Of a stretch of DNA of 64,000 nt, positions 39,799 through 49,872 are shown piece after piece. Both the position numbers and the translations under genes were made by a program. Below the pieces are notes generated by a model. The model worked only from the letters and a program-made list of their open reading frames with translations, was not told the origin of the DNA and did not search any database. Source of the stretch: Candidatus Caldarchaeum sp. GTDB taxonomy: Archaea > Thermoproteota > Nitrososphaeria_A > Caldarchaeales > Caldarchaeaceae. Where the stretch lies: contig JAWBKB010000005.1 of the NCBI GenBank assembly GCA_038831915.1, positions 1-64,000 of the forward strand. Direction: 5' to 3'. Position 1 is the first letter of the stretch. Each line of letters starts with the position of its first letter.

Positions 39799-40749
39799 AT
39801 GAAATACGTGGATGTCGTCGGCGTGGGCCGAATAGGGCATGGAATAGCCGCATGCGTAGCCATTCATGGATACAGCGTCAGGCTCCGCGACGTCAAACAA
39901 AGAACTGAAACCGAGAAAAATCAGATTCGTCAAAAAGCACTATCCCTCGTGTATGAATGCATCCTGTTGTTCGACGGCGAAAACGCCCTCCGAGAAAAAC
40001 CCGAGGAAATCATGCGGAAAGTTGAATTTGTTTCGGGATACGATAGAGTTGAGGAAGCTTTCCACATCGTCGAAGCCGTGCCGGAAAACATCGAAATCAA
40101 GAAAGCCGTCTATGAACGTCTTTCTGAAAAAACATCCGTCGACGCTGTTCTGGCTTCCGCGAGTAGCAGCATCAGGCCATCGGCTTTGGCGAAATTCGTG
40201 AAAAACCCGAGCCGTTTTCTCGTAACGCATTGGATTAACCCTGCTGAGTTGGTTCCGTTGGTCGAAGTCGCTGCTTCACCATTTACGTCGAAAACTGTTC
40301 TGGATGACACGGTGTCTTTTCTCAAAAGCTGTGGAAAAATTCCCGTGGTCTGTAGCGACAGCCCAGGATATGTTTCAGCCCGTCTGCAAGCCGCTTTGAT
40401 GAATGAAGCTCTACGTCTCGTAGAGGAAGGTGTCGCTTCGCCCGAATCCGTTGACAAAGCTTTGATGGCTGGGATAGGTTTTAGGCTCGCTGTTCAAGGG
40501 CTTTTGGAATTTCTCGACTGGGGCGGGGTCGACATACTTCACAAAGTTGACAACTATCTCGCATCCGAGCTTAACGCAGAACGGTTCAAACCACCGGCCA
40601 TTCTTAAACAACTCGTCGAAAAACAACATTTCGGCATGGATAAAGGACGTGGCATCTATGATTATTCAGGCGTGGATGTGGAAGCGCTTAAAACAACGCG
40701 TAAAAAGCAGATGATAAACCGGCTTAAGCAATTAGGTATTTTACGTTGA
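39799..40749 (+). CDS. 3-hydroxyacyl-CoA (3-hydroxybutyryl-CoA) dehydrogenase
   Basis: GVGRIG, EAVPENIEIK, HWINP, PGYVSARLQ, G.DKGRGIYDY. Confidence 0.9.
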   Translation: MKYVDVVGVGRIGHGIAACVAIHGYSVRLRDVKQRTETEKNQIRQKALSLVYECILLFDGENALREKPEEIMRKVEFVSGYDRVEEAFHIVEAVPENIEIKKAVYERLSEKTSVDAVLASASSSIRPSALAKFVKNPSRFLVTHWINPAELVPLVEVAASPFTSKTVLDDTVSFLKSCGKIPVVCSDSPGYVSARLQAALMNEALRLVEEGVASPESVDKALMAGIGFRLAVQGLLEFLDWGGVDILHKVDNYLASELNAERFKPPAILKQLVEKQHFGMDKGRGIYDYSGVDVEALKTTRKKQMINRLKQLGILR

Positions 40750-40753
40750 AGGT

Positions 40754-42130
40754 TTGCAGAAAGCTGGGTTGAAGACGAAGATAGCATGTACTTTGGGGCC
40801 TTCCCTGTCAACGGTCGAAGACATCGTGAAAGCCGTTTCGGTTGGATGTAGAATTTTCAGAATTAATTTTAGCCATGGAAACCCCGATGTTTGGGAAACT
40901 TTTGCGGCGAATGTTCGGAAAGCCGCTGAAAAAACGGGTGAAAACCTTGTTTTGCTGGGAGACTTGAAAGGCAGCTCGGTTCGCGTAAAAGGATTGGAGC
41001 AAAGCATATCGCTGAACACGGGGGAAAGGATAAAATTCTCTCTGGACGGGCCCATCCAGCTACCGCATCCTGAATTCTTCCAAACAGTAGAAGTCGGCGA
41101 CGTTCTCGTTTTCGACGACGGCCGCGGAATCCTCAACGTCGTAAAACACAACGGAAAATCCATCGTCGCCGAAGTTGCGAGACCCCTGACAATCGCCCCC
41201 AACAAATCCATCGTCATCCGCGAAAAAGAAGTCGAAGCCGCAGACTACATCGAAGCAAGCAGAGAAGGAATAGAGGCAGCCATCAAGCTCGAACTCGACT
41301 ACGTGGGCCTCAGCTTCGTGAGAAGCGGCGAAGACATCGACAAAGTTAGAGAATATCTTGAATCACGCGGCTGCAGAGCTGAATTGATTGCGAAAATCGA
41401 AACACCTTCCGCGGTAAAAAACATTGACGAAATCTGCGTGAAAAGCGACGCTATACTCATTGCGAGAGGAGATTTGGGGATGCATTTTCCCCTGGAGCTT
41501 GTGCCGCGTCTCCAGAAAACAATAGTTGAAGCGGCCTACAACCGCAACCGCCCCGTCATCGTGGCGACTCAGCTTCTCGGCAGCATGGTGAATGAATCCG
41601 TTCCTACGCGGAGCGAAATAGTCGACGTAATGTCATGCGTGGAAGACGGAGTAGACGTGTTGATGCTCACCGCGGAAACAGCGGTTGGACGTTATCCGAT
41701 TGAATCGCTTCAGTGGCTGGTGAAAATTGCGGAAACCTATGAAAGAGCGATGAAGCCACGCCGAAGCCTGCCACCAGACGCCGAAGTAGTTGATAGGTTT
41801 GCTCTCGCCGTCGTCAACCTCGCCGAATCACTCGCCGCGAAAATCGCGATATTCACCATGAACGGAAACATGGCCCGCCGGATAGCACGGTTCAAACCCG
41901 TGGGAGGAATAATAGCCGCAACACCCAACAAACACGTCATCCCACGTCTAAACCTGCTCTGGGGAGTAACACCAATCCTCATAGAAGCCAAAACATACAG
42001 CGAAGGAATCAAAAAACTCGAAGAAACACTGGAAAAAACAGGATTGGCCGAACAAGGCGACACGTTTGTCTTAACGTATGGATTGGTCGAGGAACCTGTT
42101 CACATCGTCAAAATGAAGCGTTTCAAATAA
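40754..42130 (+). CDS. pyk: Pyruvate kinase
   Basis: TKIACTLGP, RINFSHG, IAKIE, ARGDLG, ATQLLGSM, ETAVGRYP. Confidence 0.96.
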   Translation: MQKAGLKTKIACTLGPSLSTVEDIVKAVSVGCRIFRINFSHGNPDVWETFAANVRKAAEKTGENLVLLGDLKGSSVRVKGLEQSISLNTGERIKFSLDGPIQLPHPEFFQTVEVGDVLVFDDGRGILNVVKHNGKSIVAEVARPLTIAPNKSIVIREKEVEAADYIEASREGIEAAIKLELDYVGLSFVRSGEDIDKVREYLESRGCRAELIAKIETPSAVKNIDEICVKSDAILIARGDLGMHFPLELVPRLQKTIVEAAYNRNRPVIVATQLLGSMVNESVPTRSEIVDVMSCVEDGVDVLMLTAETAVGRYPIESLQWLVKIAETYERAMKPRRSLPPDAEVVDRFALAVVNLAESLAAKIAIFTMNGNMARRIARFKPVGGIIAATPNKHVIPRLNLLWGVTPILIEAKTYSEGIKKLEETLEKTGLAEQGDTFVLTYGLVEEPVHIVKMKRFK

Positions 42131-42152
42131 TTGTGCGGCGGTTTTTGGGTCT

Positions 42153-43151
42153 TTATTTTCCGTCTTGGAGGTCTTCTACGCCTTTTTCTGTGATTTTGAA
42201 GTATGCTTCGGCTGTTGGTGGGTGGTAGGGGCTGTCGATGACGCGGGCGAGGCGTGTGTTGTTGGCGGCTCTTCGGATGAAGATGCGGTAGGTGCTGCTG
42301 TGGGCGAGAACGTGGCCTCCGCTGGGTTTGTTGGGGTCTCCGAAGAACTGGTCAGGGTTGGCCTGAACTTGATTAGTTACGACGACGGCGACGTTGTGAA
42401 CCTGAGCCGTCCGTAGAAGCCTGTGAAGCAAATCGTTCAGTCGCTGCTGCCTTTCGGCAAGAGTTCCACGACCGATAAACTCCGCCCGGAAATGCGAAAT
42501 AATTGAATCAACTATGACGAGCCGGGCCTTGTATTTCTCGATGTATCTGCCGAGTTCCTTGATGGTAAGCTGTAGATGGCTTGAGTTGTAGACGCTGGCG
42601 AAAATAATGTTTTCCAGGATTTTCCGCTGGTCGAGGCCCCGTGCTTCGGCGATTTGAATAATCCGTTCGGGCCTGAACGTTGCTTCGGTGTCGATGTAGA
42701 TGGCTGCTCCGTCGAGGCCGCCCTGTTCACGGGGAAGCTGCGCCGTCACACATAGAGTATGACATATCTGTGTTTTCCCCGAGCCGTATTCGCCGATGAG
42801 CTCTGTGATGGCCTGTGTTTCCACGCCGCCGCCCAACATAGCGTCTAACGCTTTCGAACCCGTAGTAAGCTTCTGCATCGATTTTCGACGTTCTAAGACT
42901 TCGGTCGCGGGGACAAACTCCTTGTCCAGAAAACCGCTTTCGATAAGCAGGAGACGGGCTTTGAGACAAAGTTCCTCAGCTTTTTCCGCACCGATTCCCA
43001 GCTCCACCAATTCACGTGGAGTAGCGGCGGCTAGGTCAAGCACCGAAGTAATCCCCGCCGAATTAAGCTTCTCCTCAGTAGCCTTTCCAATACCGTCTAT
43101 ACTCTGCAAATCAAACACGTCAATCTCTTTTTCAGCTGTTTTCTTGGTCAT
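42153..43151 (-). CDS. radA: DNA repair and recombination protein RadA
   Basis: N-terminal HhH, GEYGSGKTQ, YIDTEATFRPER, GRGTLAERQQ, TNQV. Confidence 0.96.
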   Translation of the reverse strand: MTKKTAEKEIDVFDLQSIDGIGKATEEKLNSAGITSVLDLAAATPRELVELGIGAEKAEELCLKARLLLIESGFLDKEFVPATEVLERRKSMQKLTTGSKALDAMLGGGVETQAITELIGEYGSGKTQICHTLCVTAQLPREQGGLDGAAIYIDTEATFRPERIIQIAEARGLDQRKILENIIFASVYNSSHLQLTIKELGRYIEKYKARLVIVDSIISHFRAEFIGRGTLAERQQRLNDLLHRLLRTAQVHNVAVVVTNQVQANPDQFFGDPNKPSGGHVLAHSSTYRIFIRRAANNTRLARVIDSPYHPPTAEAYFKITEKGVEDLQDGK

Positions 43152-43221
43152 CCGTCAAATTCTACAAACATGTGACTGCTTTATAAAAAATGATGCAAGA
43201 AGATAAAAGGGGGGAGGGGGT

Positions 43222-43863
43222 TTAGGGAAGGGCCAGCCTTGGGCCGAGGGCTTTTCTCAGTGCTTTGACGACGGAATGGCCGACTGGAACGAGGTAGGCC
43301 GCGGAAATCGCGTTGAACAACGCCGTCAAACCTGTGATGATCAAAGCCACGTCTAGGTCAGTTCCGAAGACATATCCGAGGTTGGTGAGCGTCCTTTTGC
43401 CGAACGCCAAGTATATTGACGGAAACAGCAGGTAGTAGAGGGCGAAGGTAATCGGCGCCATCACGCCGGCTCTCACAGCTATTCCGCCCAACGTCGACGA
43501 AACCACCTTACCGCGGCCAATTTTCTCCGCAACCTTCAACCCTACATAAACGCCCAAAAACATCGACAGAACAGCTGTCAGCTTCATGAGCTGCGGAATC
43601 GGGGGTGGAGCAAAAACACCGGTAGCGGTAATAACCAATGCATACCAGTGCGCCAGGGCTGTTATCACGCCGTATTTCCAGCCAAACAGTAGGAATGAAA
43701 CGATGTCCGGGATTTCAGCGAGGTCGAACCGGAGAAACGGCAGCAGCGGGAACGGGAATGACAGGGGAGCGATGCCCATCACGTAAGCCAATGCAGCCAA
43801 CGAAATCGCGCCCGCAAGTCGTTGCCTTGTACTCATAACGGAGCTTGGTGGACTGGAACTCAT
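43222..43863 (-). CDS. Solitary ECF S component (RibU/PanT-like)
   Basis: FPLLPFLRFDLAEIP...FG..YG and about 6 TM. ATG 43863 fits the TATA near 43890. Confidence 0.7.
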   Translation of the reverse strand: MSSSPPSSVMSTRQRLAGAISLAALAYVMGIAPLSFPFPLLPFLRFDLAEIPDIVSFLLFGWKYGVITALAHWYALVITATGVFAPPPIPQLMKLTAVLSMFLGVYVGLKVAEKIGRGKVVSSTLGGIAVRAGVMAPITFALYYLLFPSIYLAFGKRTLTNLGYVFGTDLDVALIITGLTALFNAISAAYLVPVGHSVVKALRKALGPRLALP

Positions 43864-43910
43864 CAAAATAGCGAAACGCGGCAAGAATAAATACCTAACG
43901 TCCAAGTTAA

Positions 43911-43938
43911 GATATGTTTACCAAAAAGTAAAATTACT
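43911..43938. promoter_or_regulatory. Palindromic box copy 2 (ATGTTTAC-N6-GTAAAATT)
   Basis: Near-direct repeat of the box at 44250-44277; overlaps the ArsR stop codon. Confidence 0.55.
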
Positions 43939-44242
43939 TTTCGGACATGAGATTTTTTGCGAATTCGGCAATTTTTAGGTAAAGGTCGGGTTTTCTGGGC
44001 GCAACCACTCGCGAACGTCCAACCTCATAAATGGTGACGAGGCCGGCTTCGCGGAGAATTTTGACATGCTTGTAAGTGATAGCGTATCGGGTTTTGATTA
44101 TGCGGGCCACGCCCTTGATATGAAGAGGTCTTTCGCTTGCTGATACGATCTCTAATATGCGTAGACGGTGTGGATGGCCTAGGGCTGCGAAGACGTTGGC
44201 GATCTTTTCGTTTTCCTCTGGCGGTTTTAATTGAGACGCCAC
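43934..44242 (-). CDS. ArsR-family winged-helix regulator
   Basis: VFAALGHPHRLRIL, YKHVKILREAGLV. Confidence 0.85.
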   Translation of the reverse strand: MASQLKPPEENEKIANVFAALGHPHRLRILEIVSASERPLHIKGVARIIKTRYAITYKHVKILREAGLVTIYEVGRSRVVAPRKPDLYLKIAEFAKNLMSEK

Positions 44243-44249
44243 GATGAGT

Positions 44250-44277
44250 TAGATGTTTACCAAAATGTAAACATTTA
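44250..44277. promoter_or_regulatory. Palindromic box copy 1 (TAGATGTTTAC-CAAAAT-GTAAACATTTA)
   Basis: 11-6-11 inverted repeat (10/11) just upstream of the ArsR start. Confidence 0.65.
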
Positions 44278-44324
44278 GGACCTTGAAATAAGCAATGAGA
44301 ACCAGTTAGGAGCAAAGGTTTGTT

Positions 44325-47033
44325 CTACATTAGTTTTCGGAGGACGTACTGCAGTATGCCACCGTGTTTATAGTATTCGATTTCGATTTTTGTGTCGAGG
44401 CGTGCTGTTACGGTGAATTGTTTGACGTTTCCGGCATCGTCTACGGCTGTTACTTGGAGTTTTTTCTTTGGTGTAAGGCCTTCGCTGATTCCCTGGATGG
44501 TGTATGTTTCGCGGCCCGTGAGTCCGAGCTGCTTCCATCCTTCGCCTTCCTGAAACTGCAGCGGTAGCACGCCCATGCCGACGAGGTTGCTGCGATGTAT
44601 GCGTTCATAGCCTTCGGCGATTACGGCCCTTACTCCGAGAAGCCGCGTGCCCTTAGCAGCCCAGTCACGTGAACTACCTGCTCCATACATTTTTCCCGCG
44701 AGAACGATTAACGGTGTTCCAGAAGCGGCGTAACGCATCGCCGCATCGTAAATGGTTGTTACCTCACCCGTCGGGTGGTAGATTGTCCACCATCCTTCCT
44801 TTCCTTCGACGAGCAGGTTTTTCAGCCGGATGTTTGCGAAAGTGCCGCGTATCATGACTTCGTGGTTGCCGCGTCGCGCGCCGTAGGTGTTGAAGTCGAC
44901 CGGGTCGACTCCGTGTTCGATGAGATATTTGCCTGATGGGCTGTTTACAGGTATGGCTCCCGCTGGTGAGATGTGGTCCGTGGTGACTCTGTCGCCTAAA
45001 AGGACGAGGACTCGGGCGTTGACGATGTCGGTCGGTTCCTCTGGTTGTCTGGTCATGTTGATGAAATACGGCGGTTCTCGGACATAGGTTGACTGAGGGT
45101 CCCATTCAAAGGATTCGCCGGCTGGAGCTTTGAGAGATTCCCATCTTTCTTCACCCTTGAGGATGTCTCTGTATCGTTTGATGAATACGTCGGGGTTGAC
45201 TGATTTGCTTATTGTATCTCTGATTTCTTCGAGCGATGGCCAGATGTCACGTAGGTAGACTGGTTTTCCGTCGGCGCTGTATCCAAGGGGTTCGTTGAAC
45301 ATGTCGATGTCGATTCGGCCAGCAAGGCCGTATGCGACGACGAGCATGGGGGACATGAGGTAGCTGGCTCGGACGTGTGGGTTGATGCGGCCTTCGAAGT
45401 TGCGGTTTCCGCTGAGAACGGCGACTGTGTAAAGGTTTCGGGCCTTGATTTGTTCGACGATTTTCTCCGGCAGCGGGCCACTGTTGCCGATGCACGTGGT
45501 GCAACCATATCCGACGAGGCTGTATCCGAGTTTTTCGAGGTAGGTGCTGAGACCTGAACGCTCAAGGTATTCGGTGACGGCCATCGAGCCGGGTGCGAGG
45601 CTTGTTTTAACATACGGCGGTGTTCTCAGTCCCTTTTCCACTGCTTTCTTCGCCAAAAGACCGGCGCCTATCATGACAGATGGGTTGGATGTGTTGGTGC
45701 AGCTTGTTATCGCCGCGATCACAACCGAGCCATGACTCATTTCGTCCCGGTTCTCCCTGACAACCGAAACCGATGTCCGTGGTCCTCCGCCTTCATAATA
45801 CCATTCACGTGTGTTTTCGTTGAAGACAATTCCCATCTGTCTGAGAAACGCTTCCATTATTTCGCGTGTTTTCTTCTTGGCTTTACGGAGTGATATGCGG
45901 TCTTCGGGGTTGGCGGGCCCGGCTATCGACGGCTCCACCGTTGAGAGGTCGAGTTCGAGAACGGTTGAATATTCAGGTGTTTGGTCTGGGTCGTGGAAAA
46001 GTCCTTGAAGCTTGGCATATGTTTCGACGAGTTTAACATGTTTTTCGGGTCTTCCAGTTAAGCGTAGGTAGTTGAGTGTTTCGTGGTCGATGGGGAAGTA
46101 TCCTATGGTTGCGCCGTATTCGGGAGCCATGTTGGCGATGGTGGCTCTGTCGGGTACGCTGAGTTTTCCAACGCTGGGTCCGAAAAATTCGACGAATTTG
46201 CCGACGACACCATGTTTTCTCAGCATTTCGGTGATGGTGAGGACAAGGTCGGTCGCGGTTGTTCCTTCACGTAGCTCGCCGACCAGCTTAACACCCACTA
46301 CTTCGGGCGTTGTCATGTAGTAGGGCTGGCCGAGCATCACCGCTTCAGCCTCAATACCGCCGACACCCCATCCAACCACACCCAAACCGTTAACCATCGG
46401 AGTATGCGAATCAGTTCCAAGCACCGTGTCGGGGAAAACCGTCAACCCGTCGCCGAAATCACGCACATCCACGACCTTCGCCAAATATTCGAGGTTGACT
46501 TGATGAACGATGCCGCGGCCCGGCGGAATGACTCGGAAGTTTTTGAAAGCGTTCTGCGCCCATTTCAGGAAGACGTATCTCTCGGTGTTGCGGCGGAATT
46601 CGTATTCGAGGTTGAGGGAGAAAGCTTCCGGTATTCCGAAGAAATCGACTTGGACGGAGTGGTCGATGACGAGGTCGACCGGGATGCTTGGGTTGACTTT
46701 GGATGGGTCGAGGCCGTTTCTTTTCATCGCCGAACGCATTGCGGCCAAGTCGACTAAAGCCGGGACGCCGGTGAAATCTTGGAGCAGTACACGCGTAGGC
46801 ATGAACGGAACCTCTCGTTTACCACCGGATTTGTACTGAACCGCCTCTGCGACATCTTCGTCGGTGCAGATGTACCCGTCTTCGTTGCGTAGAACGTTTT
46901 CCACGAAAACTTTAATGCTGTACGGAAGCTTCGCCAGCTTGAACAGCCCAGCCTCTTCAAGCGTCTGAAGAGAATAATACCGATATTTTTCATCGTTGAC
47001 GGTGACGGTTTTCGCGGAATTTTGCTTCAGCAA
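44325..47033 (-). CDS. acnA: Aconitate hydratase AcnA (IRP-like)
   Basis: QDFTGVP, IDHSVQVD, GTDSHT, ITSCTNTSNP, GCTTCIGNSG, GSSRDWAAKG. Confidence 0.97.
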   Translation of the reverse strand: MLKQNSAKTVTVNDEKYRYYSLQTLEEAGLFKLAKLPYSIKVFVENVLRNEDGYICTDEDVAEAVQYKSGGKREVPFMPTRVLLQDFTGVPALVDLAAMRSAMKRNGLDPSKVNPSIPVDLVIDHSVQVDFFGIPEAFSLNLEYEFRRNTERYVFLKWAQNAFKNFRVIPPGRGIVHQVNLEYLAKVVDVRDFGDGLTVFPDTVLGTDSHTPMVNGLGVVGWGVGGIEAEAVMLGQPYYMTTPEVVGVKLVGELREGTTATDLVLTITEMLRKHGVVGKFVEFFGPSVGKLSVPDRATIANMAPEYGATIGYFPIDHETLNYLRLTGRPEKHVKLVETYAKLQGLFHDPDQTPEYSTVLELDLSTVEPSIAGPANPEDRISLRKAKKKTREIMEAFLRQMGIVFNENTREWYYEGGGPRTSVSVVRENRDEMSHGSVVIAAITSCTNTSNPSVMIGAGLLAKKAVEKGLRTPPYVKTSLAPGSMAVTEYLERSGLSTYLEKLGYSLVGYGCTTCIGNSGPLPEKIVEQIKARNLYTVAVLSGNRNFEGRINPHVRASYLMSPMLVVAYGLAGRIDIDMFNEPLGYSADGKPVYLRDIWPSLEEIRDTISKSVNPDVFIKRYRDILKGEERWESLKAPAGESFEWDPQSTYVREPPYFINMTRQPEEPTDIVNARVLVLLGDRVTTDHISPAGAIPVNSPSGKYLIEHGVDPVDFNTYGARRGNHEVMIRGTFANIRLKNLLVEGKEGWWTIYHPTGEVTTIYDAAMRYAASGTPLIVLAGKMYGAGSSRDWAAKGTRLLGVRAVIAEGYERIHRSNLVGMGVLPLQFQEGEGWKQLGLTGRETYTIQGISEGLTPKKKLQVTAVDDAGNVKQFTVTARLDTKIEIEYYKHGGILQYVLRKLM

Positions 47034-47068
47034 GTCTGAGAACAGGCTGGAAACCCAGCTATTAACTG

Positions 47069-47398
47069 CTACCGTTGACCCTGCTGCTTTTTCAGCAGGT
47101 CTTCAAGTGTATATCCAGATTCAGGCGGTGGAGTCTTTTTCATCACTGGTTCCTCGACGGCTACCTGAAGAAGCGATGTCTTCAAAACTTTTTCGAGTCG
47201 TTTCACAAGGTCGAGAGGTGGGTTGAACCCGCCGTGCTCGATTTTTTTGATGATGGTTTCCTTGGTTTTCACGAGGGCTGCGAGCTCAGCCTGCGAAAGC
47301 CCAAGCTTCTCTCTTTCACGTCGAACAACTTGGCCGAGATCATCAACATATTCATATTCGATTTCAATGTCTTTTCTCGGCCGAGCTGATTTCGACAT
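47069..47398 (-). CDS. MBF1-like Cro/XRE HTH protein lacking the N-terminal Zn ribbon
   Basis: EYVDDLGQVVRREREKLGLSQAELA...IKKIEHG..P...RLEK.L; C-terminal TLED. Confidence 0.8.
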   Translation of the reverse strand: MSKSARPRKDIEIEYEYVDDLGQVVRREREKLGLSQAELAALVKTKETIIKKIEHGGFNPPLDLVKRLEKVLKTSLLQVAVEEPVMKKTPPPESGYTLEDLLKKQQGQR

Positions 47399-47423
47399 GT
47401 ATCATCTATGTTCATAGATGGGT

Positions 47424-48125
47424 TTAAGGTTTTTCCGTTAAACTCTGTTCAACAAAGCAGAGAACTCGTGAAACCACCGTCCAAGCTTCGAGAGGCCCCG
47501 GATAGATAGATGCCTCAACATCGGCTAAGCTTTTTGTTTCATCCCTGAAATCACCATGTGGAAAACATCCGACGAGAACGCAGGGCCGTGGAACGGTCAA
47601 TATATCCGACCCGAACAAACGCCCGGATATCTGCAGTCCTTTCTCAGACATCAAGATGGTTTTCGAAACGTTAACTCTCTGAATAAATTTTTTCAGGGAA
47701 ATCTGTTCCAGCCGGAGAAGCTCCAGCCCCGTGTCAGACACTATTCTTTCTTCTGCGAAAAGCTTCTCAAACACCCCTTTAAACCGTTCATACACTCGGG
47801 GCAGCCTAACGGCTGGGTTGACGTAGATGATGTGGCCGCTGCATGTCGCCACATAGGTTTCGAGACGGTTTCCGATGTTGAGCGGAGAGCCCAGAGCTTC
47901 GAGCAGACAGAAATGAACGATGTCGGGTCTACCGCGTTTTGCGTTGTCTGGGAGACGTTTCATCGCGTGGTGATGATATGAACGGTCGAGGAGAATTTCA
48001 CTGGGTTGTTTTCCCCGCCGCCTCGCGTCGTTAATAACAGCTGGGTGGTTTTGAATTTCGGGCGGAACAGTTTCCAACGCCGCCTCCACGAGAATCAAGA
48101 CCAGTTTTTCAAACAACAATAACAA
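47424..48125 (-). CDS. nep1: 16S rRNA pseudouridine N1-methyltransferase Nep1/Emg1
   Basis: EAALETVP, LLDRSYHH, RGRPDIVH, RLPRVYERF, GCFPHGDF. Confidence 0.93.
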   Translation of the reverse strand: MLLLFEKLVLILVEAALETVPPEIQNHPAVINDARRRGKQPSEILLDRSYHHHAMKRLPDNAKRGRPDIVHFCLLEALGSPLNIGNRLETYVATCSGHIIYVNPAVRLPRVYERFKGVFEKLFAEERIVSDTGLELLRLEQISLKKFIQRVNVSKTILMSEKGLQISGRLFGSDILTVPRPCVLVGCFPHGDFRDETKSLADVEASIYPGPLEAWTVVSRVLCFVEQSLTEKP

Positions 48126-48156
48126 TAAACATTAGTGGGTTTTATTGTTATGAGAA

Positions 48157-48486
48157 GTGAAGACAGGGAAACAGCAGGTCAAGGTCCTCAAGCTCGTCGA
48201 GAAAACGCTGCGGTTTGCTGAGGAATTTTACAGCCAGAATCCGGAAAGAGCGGTTGAAGCCGTAAAACTCGCCATGCGGATTTGTCAGAAGAAACGGGTT
48301 CGACTGCCGCCGAAGCTCAAACGAAAGTTTTGCCGGAAATGCGGAACGCCGTTCGTCGGGCCGTCGACTGTTTCCGTCCGAGTGAGACCACGTCCAACCC
48401 CTCACGTTGTGGTTAAATGCAAAGTCTGCGGATTCATGAGAAGGTTCTTGATTAGAAAGAAGGCGAAAACCATGGGGTTTCGCTGA
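48157..48486 (+). CDS. rnp4: RNase P protein Rpp21
   Basis: KRKFCRKC...VRVR...VKCKVCGFMRRF Zn ribbon. Confidence 0.9.
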   Translation: MKTGKQQVKVLKLVEKTLRFAEEFYSQNPERAVEAVKLAMRICQKKRVRLPPKLKRKFCRKCGTPFVGPSTVSVRVRPRPTPHVVVKCKVCGFMRRFLIRKKAKTMGFR

Positions 48487-48541
48487 CTGCATGCCGTGAA
48501 AGAGCACCTTAAAATACGGACCTTATGTCGTGTTATGCAGC

Positions 48542-48967
48542 TTGACTGACGTGGTTCGTTCAGTGGAAGCCGAAAAACTAATTAATCGTGTAGCGATGTA
48601 TCTCAAAAATAACCAGCTGGTTGTGCCTCCGTCGTGGGCTATGTTTGCAAAAACATCGGTGGCGAAGGAAGAGCCGCCGCGCAATCCTGACTGGTGGTTT
48701 GTCAGGGCTGCTTCGATGCTGCGGAAGCTCTACATACACGGGCCTCTCGGTGTTTCCCGGATGAGAAAATTCTACGGTGGACGTCATAGGGTTGGAATGG
48801 CGCCGCCCTACTTCGCTAAGGGAAGCGGCGCCGTTGTGAGGAAAATTCTGCAACAACTCGAGAATGCGGGACTTGTTTCAACGATGCCGAAAAAAGGCCG
48901 TGCAATAACACTCAAAGGAATCAAGCTGTTAGAGCAAGCTGCGAGAACCATTTCCTCAGCAAAATAG
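48542..48967 (+). CDS. rps19e: 30S ribosomal protein S19e
   Basis: PSWAMFAKT...EEPP...DWWFVRAASMLRKLY, GSGAVVRKILQQLE. TTG 48542 fits the TATA at 48509. Confidence 0.96.
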   Translation: MTDVVRSVEAEKLINRVAMYLKNNQLVVPPSWAMFAKTSVAKEEPPRNPDWWFVRAASMLRKLYIHGPLGVSRMRKFYGGRHRVGMAPPYFAKGSGAVVRKILQQLENAGLVSTMPKKGRAITLKGIKLLEQAARTISSAK

Positions 48968-49201
48968 TTAGAGCCGAAAACGAAGTAGTAGGAAGACAAG
49001 AAGCAAAATAAGTATCAGTATTGGCGACGTGCCGACAAATATGCCGTCCACGCGGAAACCAATCAACAGAAGAGGATGAACTTTCTCCAAATCTGTGAAG
49101 TACCGCGCGAGAAACGGTATGGCTATCAGGGTTGCACCGACGATTATTAAGAGAAGCCCGAGCATGATGGCCCATCCCGAGAACAAATCCTGATGCATCA
49201 T
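48968..49201 (-). CDS. Small hypothetical membrane protein
   Basis: Two hydrophobic segments; overlaps the upstream PRT stop. Confidence 0.6.
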   Translation of the reverse strand: MMHQDLFSGWAIMLGLLLIIVGATLIAIPFLARYFTDLEKVHPLLLIGFRVDGIFVGTSPILILILLLVFLLLRFRL

Positions 49202-49857
49202 ATTCCCAGCTCCGCGGATGCTTTGGTGAGTATGTTCAGAACTTCTTGGTCTTCGAGTTGCTCGAATTTGTCGTAGAACTGGCCGATGGCGAAGAACTGG
49301 GTCGGGGTTTCGAGGACGACTACGTCGTCGGCGATTTTTTTGAGTTTTTCCACGGTTTCCGGCGGAGCCACGGGAACCGCGACGATGATTTTTCCAGCCC
49401 CTTGGTGCCGGGCCATGTGGACCGCGGCCTTCATCGTGAGGCCCGTGGCAAGCCCATCGTCGACCAACACAACCGTTCGTCCCCTAAGAGGAGACATGGG
49501 TCTACCGCGTCTGTAAATCTGTGCTCTCCTCTGTATCTCTTTCTTTTCTTCTTCAGCCTTTTGTTCGACGTATGTTTTCGACACGCCCAAGATGGCGGCT
49601 ATTTCTTCGTCGATGAAAATCGTCCCATCCTCTGACACGGCTCCAACAGCTAGCTCAGGCTGGCCGGGCGCGCCCACCTTGCGGGTTATCACCACATCCA
49701 AAGGACATTTCAGCTCTTTCGCCACCTCGTATCCAACAACAATGCCGCCCCGTGGTATCGCCATCACCACACAGCTCCCCTGATAGAACCTTTTCAAATA
49801 TTTGGCGAGTTTTCTCCCCGCGTCCACACGGTCGGCGAATAACAACTCAATTAACAA
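49198..49857 (-). CDS. Phosphoribosyltransferase family protein
   Basis: FADRVDAG, IPRGG, VVLVDDGLATG, VAVPV, FFAIGQFY. Confidence 0.9.
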   Translation of the reverse strand: MLIELLFADRVDAGRKLAKYLKRFYQGSCVVMAIPRGGIVVGYEVAKELKCPLDVVITRKVGAPGQPELAVGAVSEDGTIFIDEEIAAILGVSKTYVEQKAEEEKKEIQRRAQIYRRGRPMSPLRGRTVVLVDDGLATGLTMKAAVHMARHQGAGKIIVAVPVAPPETVEKLKKIADDVVVLETPTQFFAIGQFYDKFEQLEDQEVLNILTKASAELGI

Positions 49858-49872
49858 TTTGCTGGTTTACTT

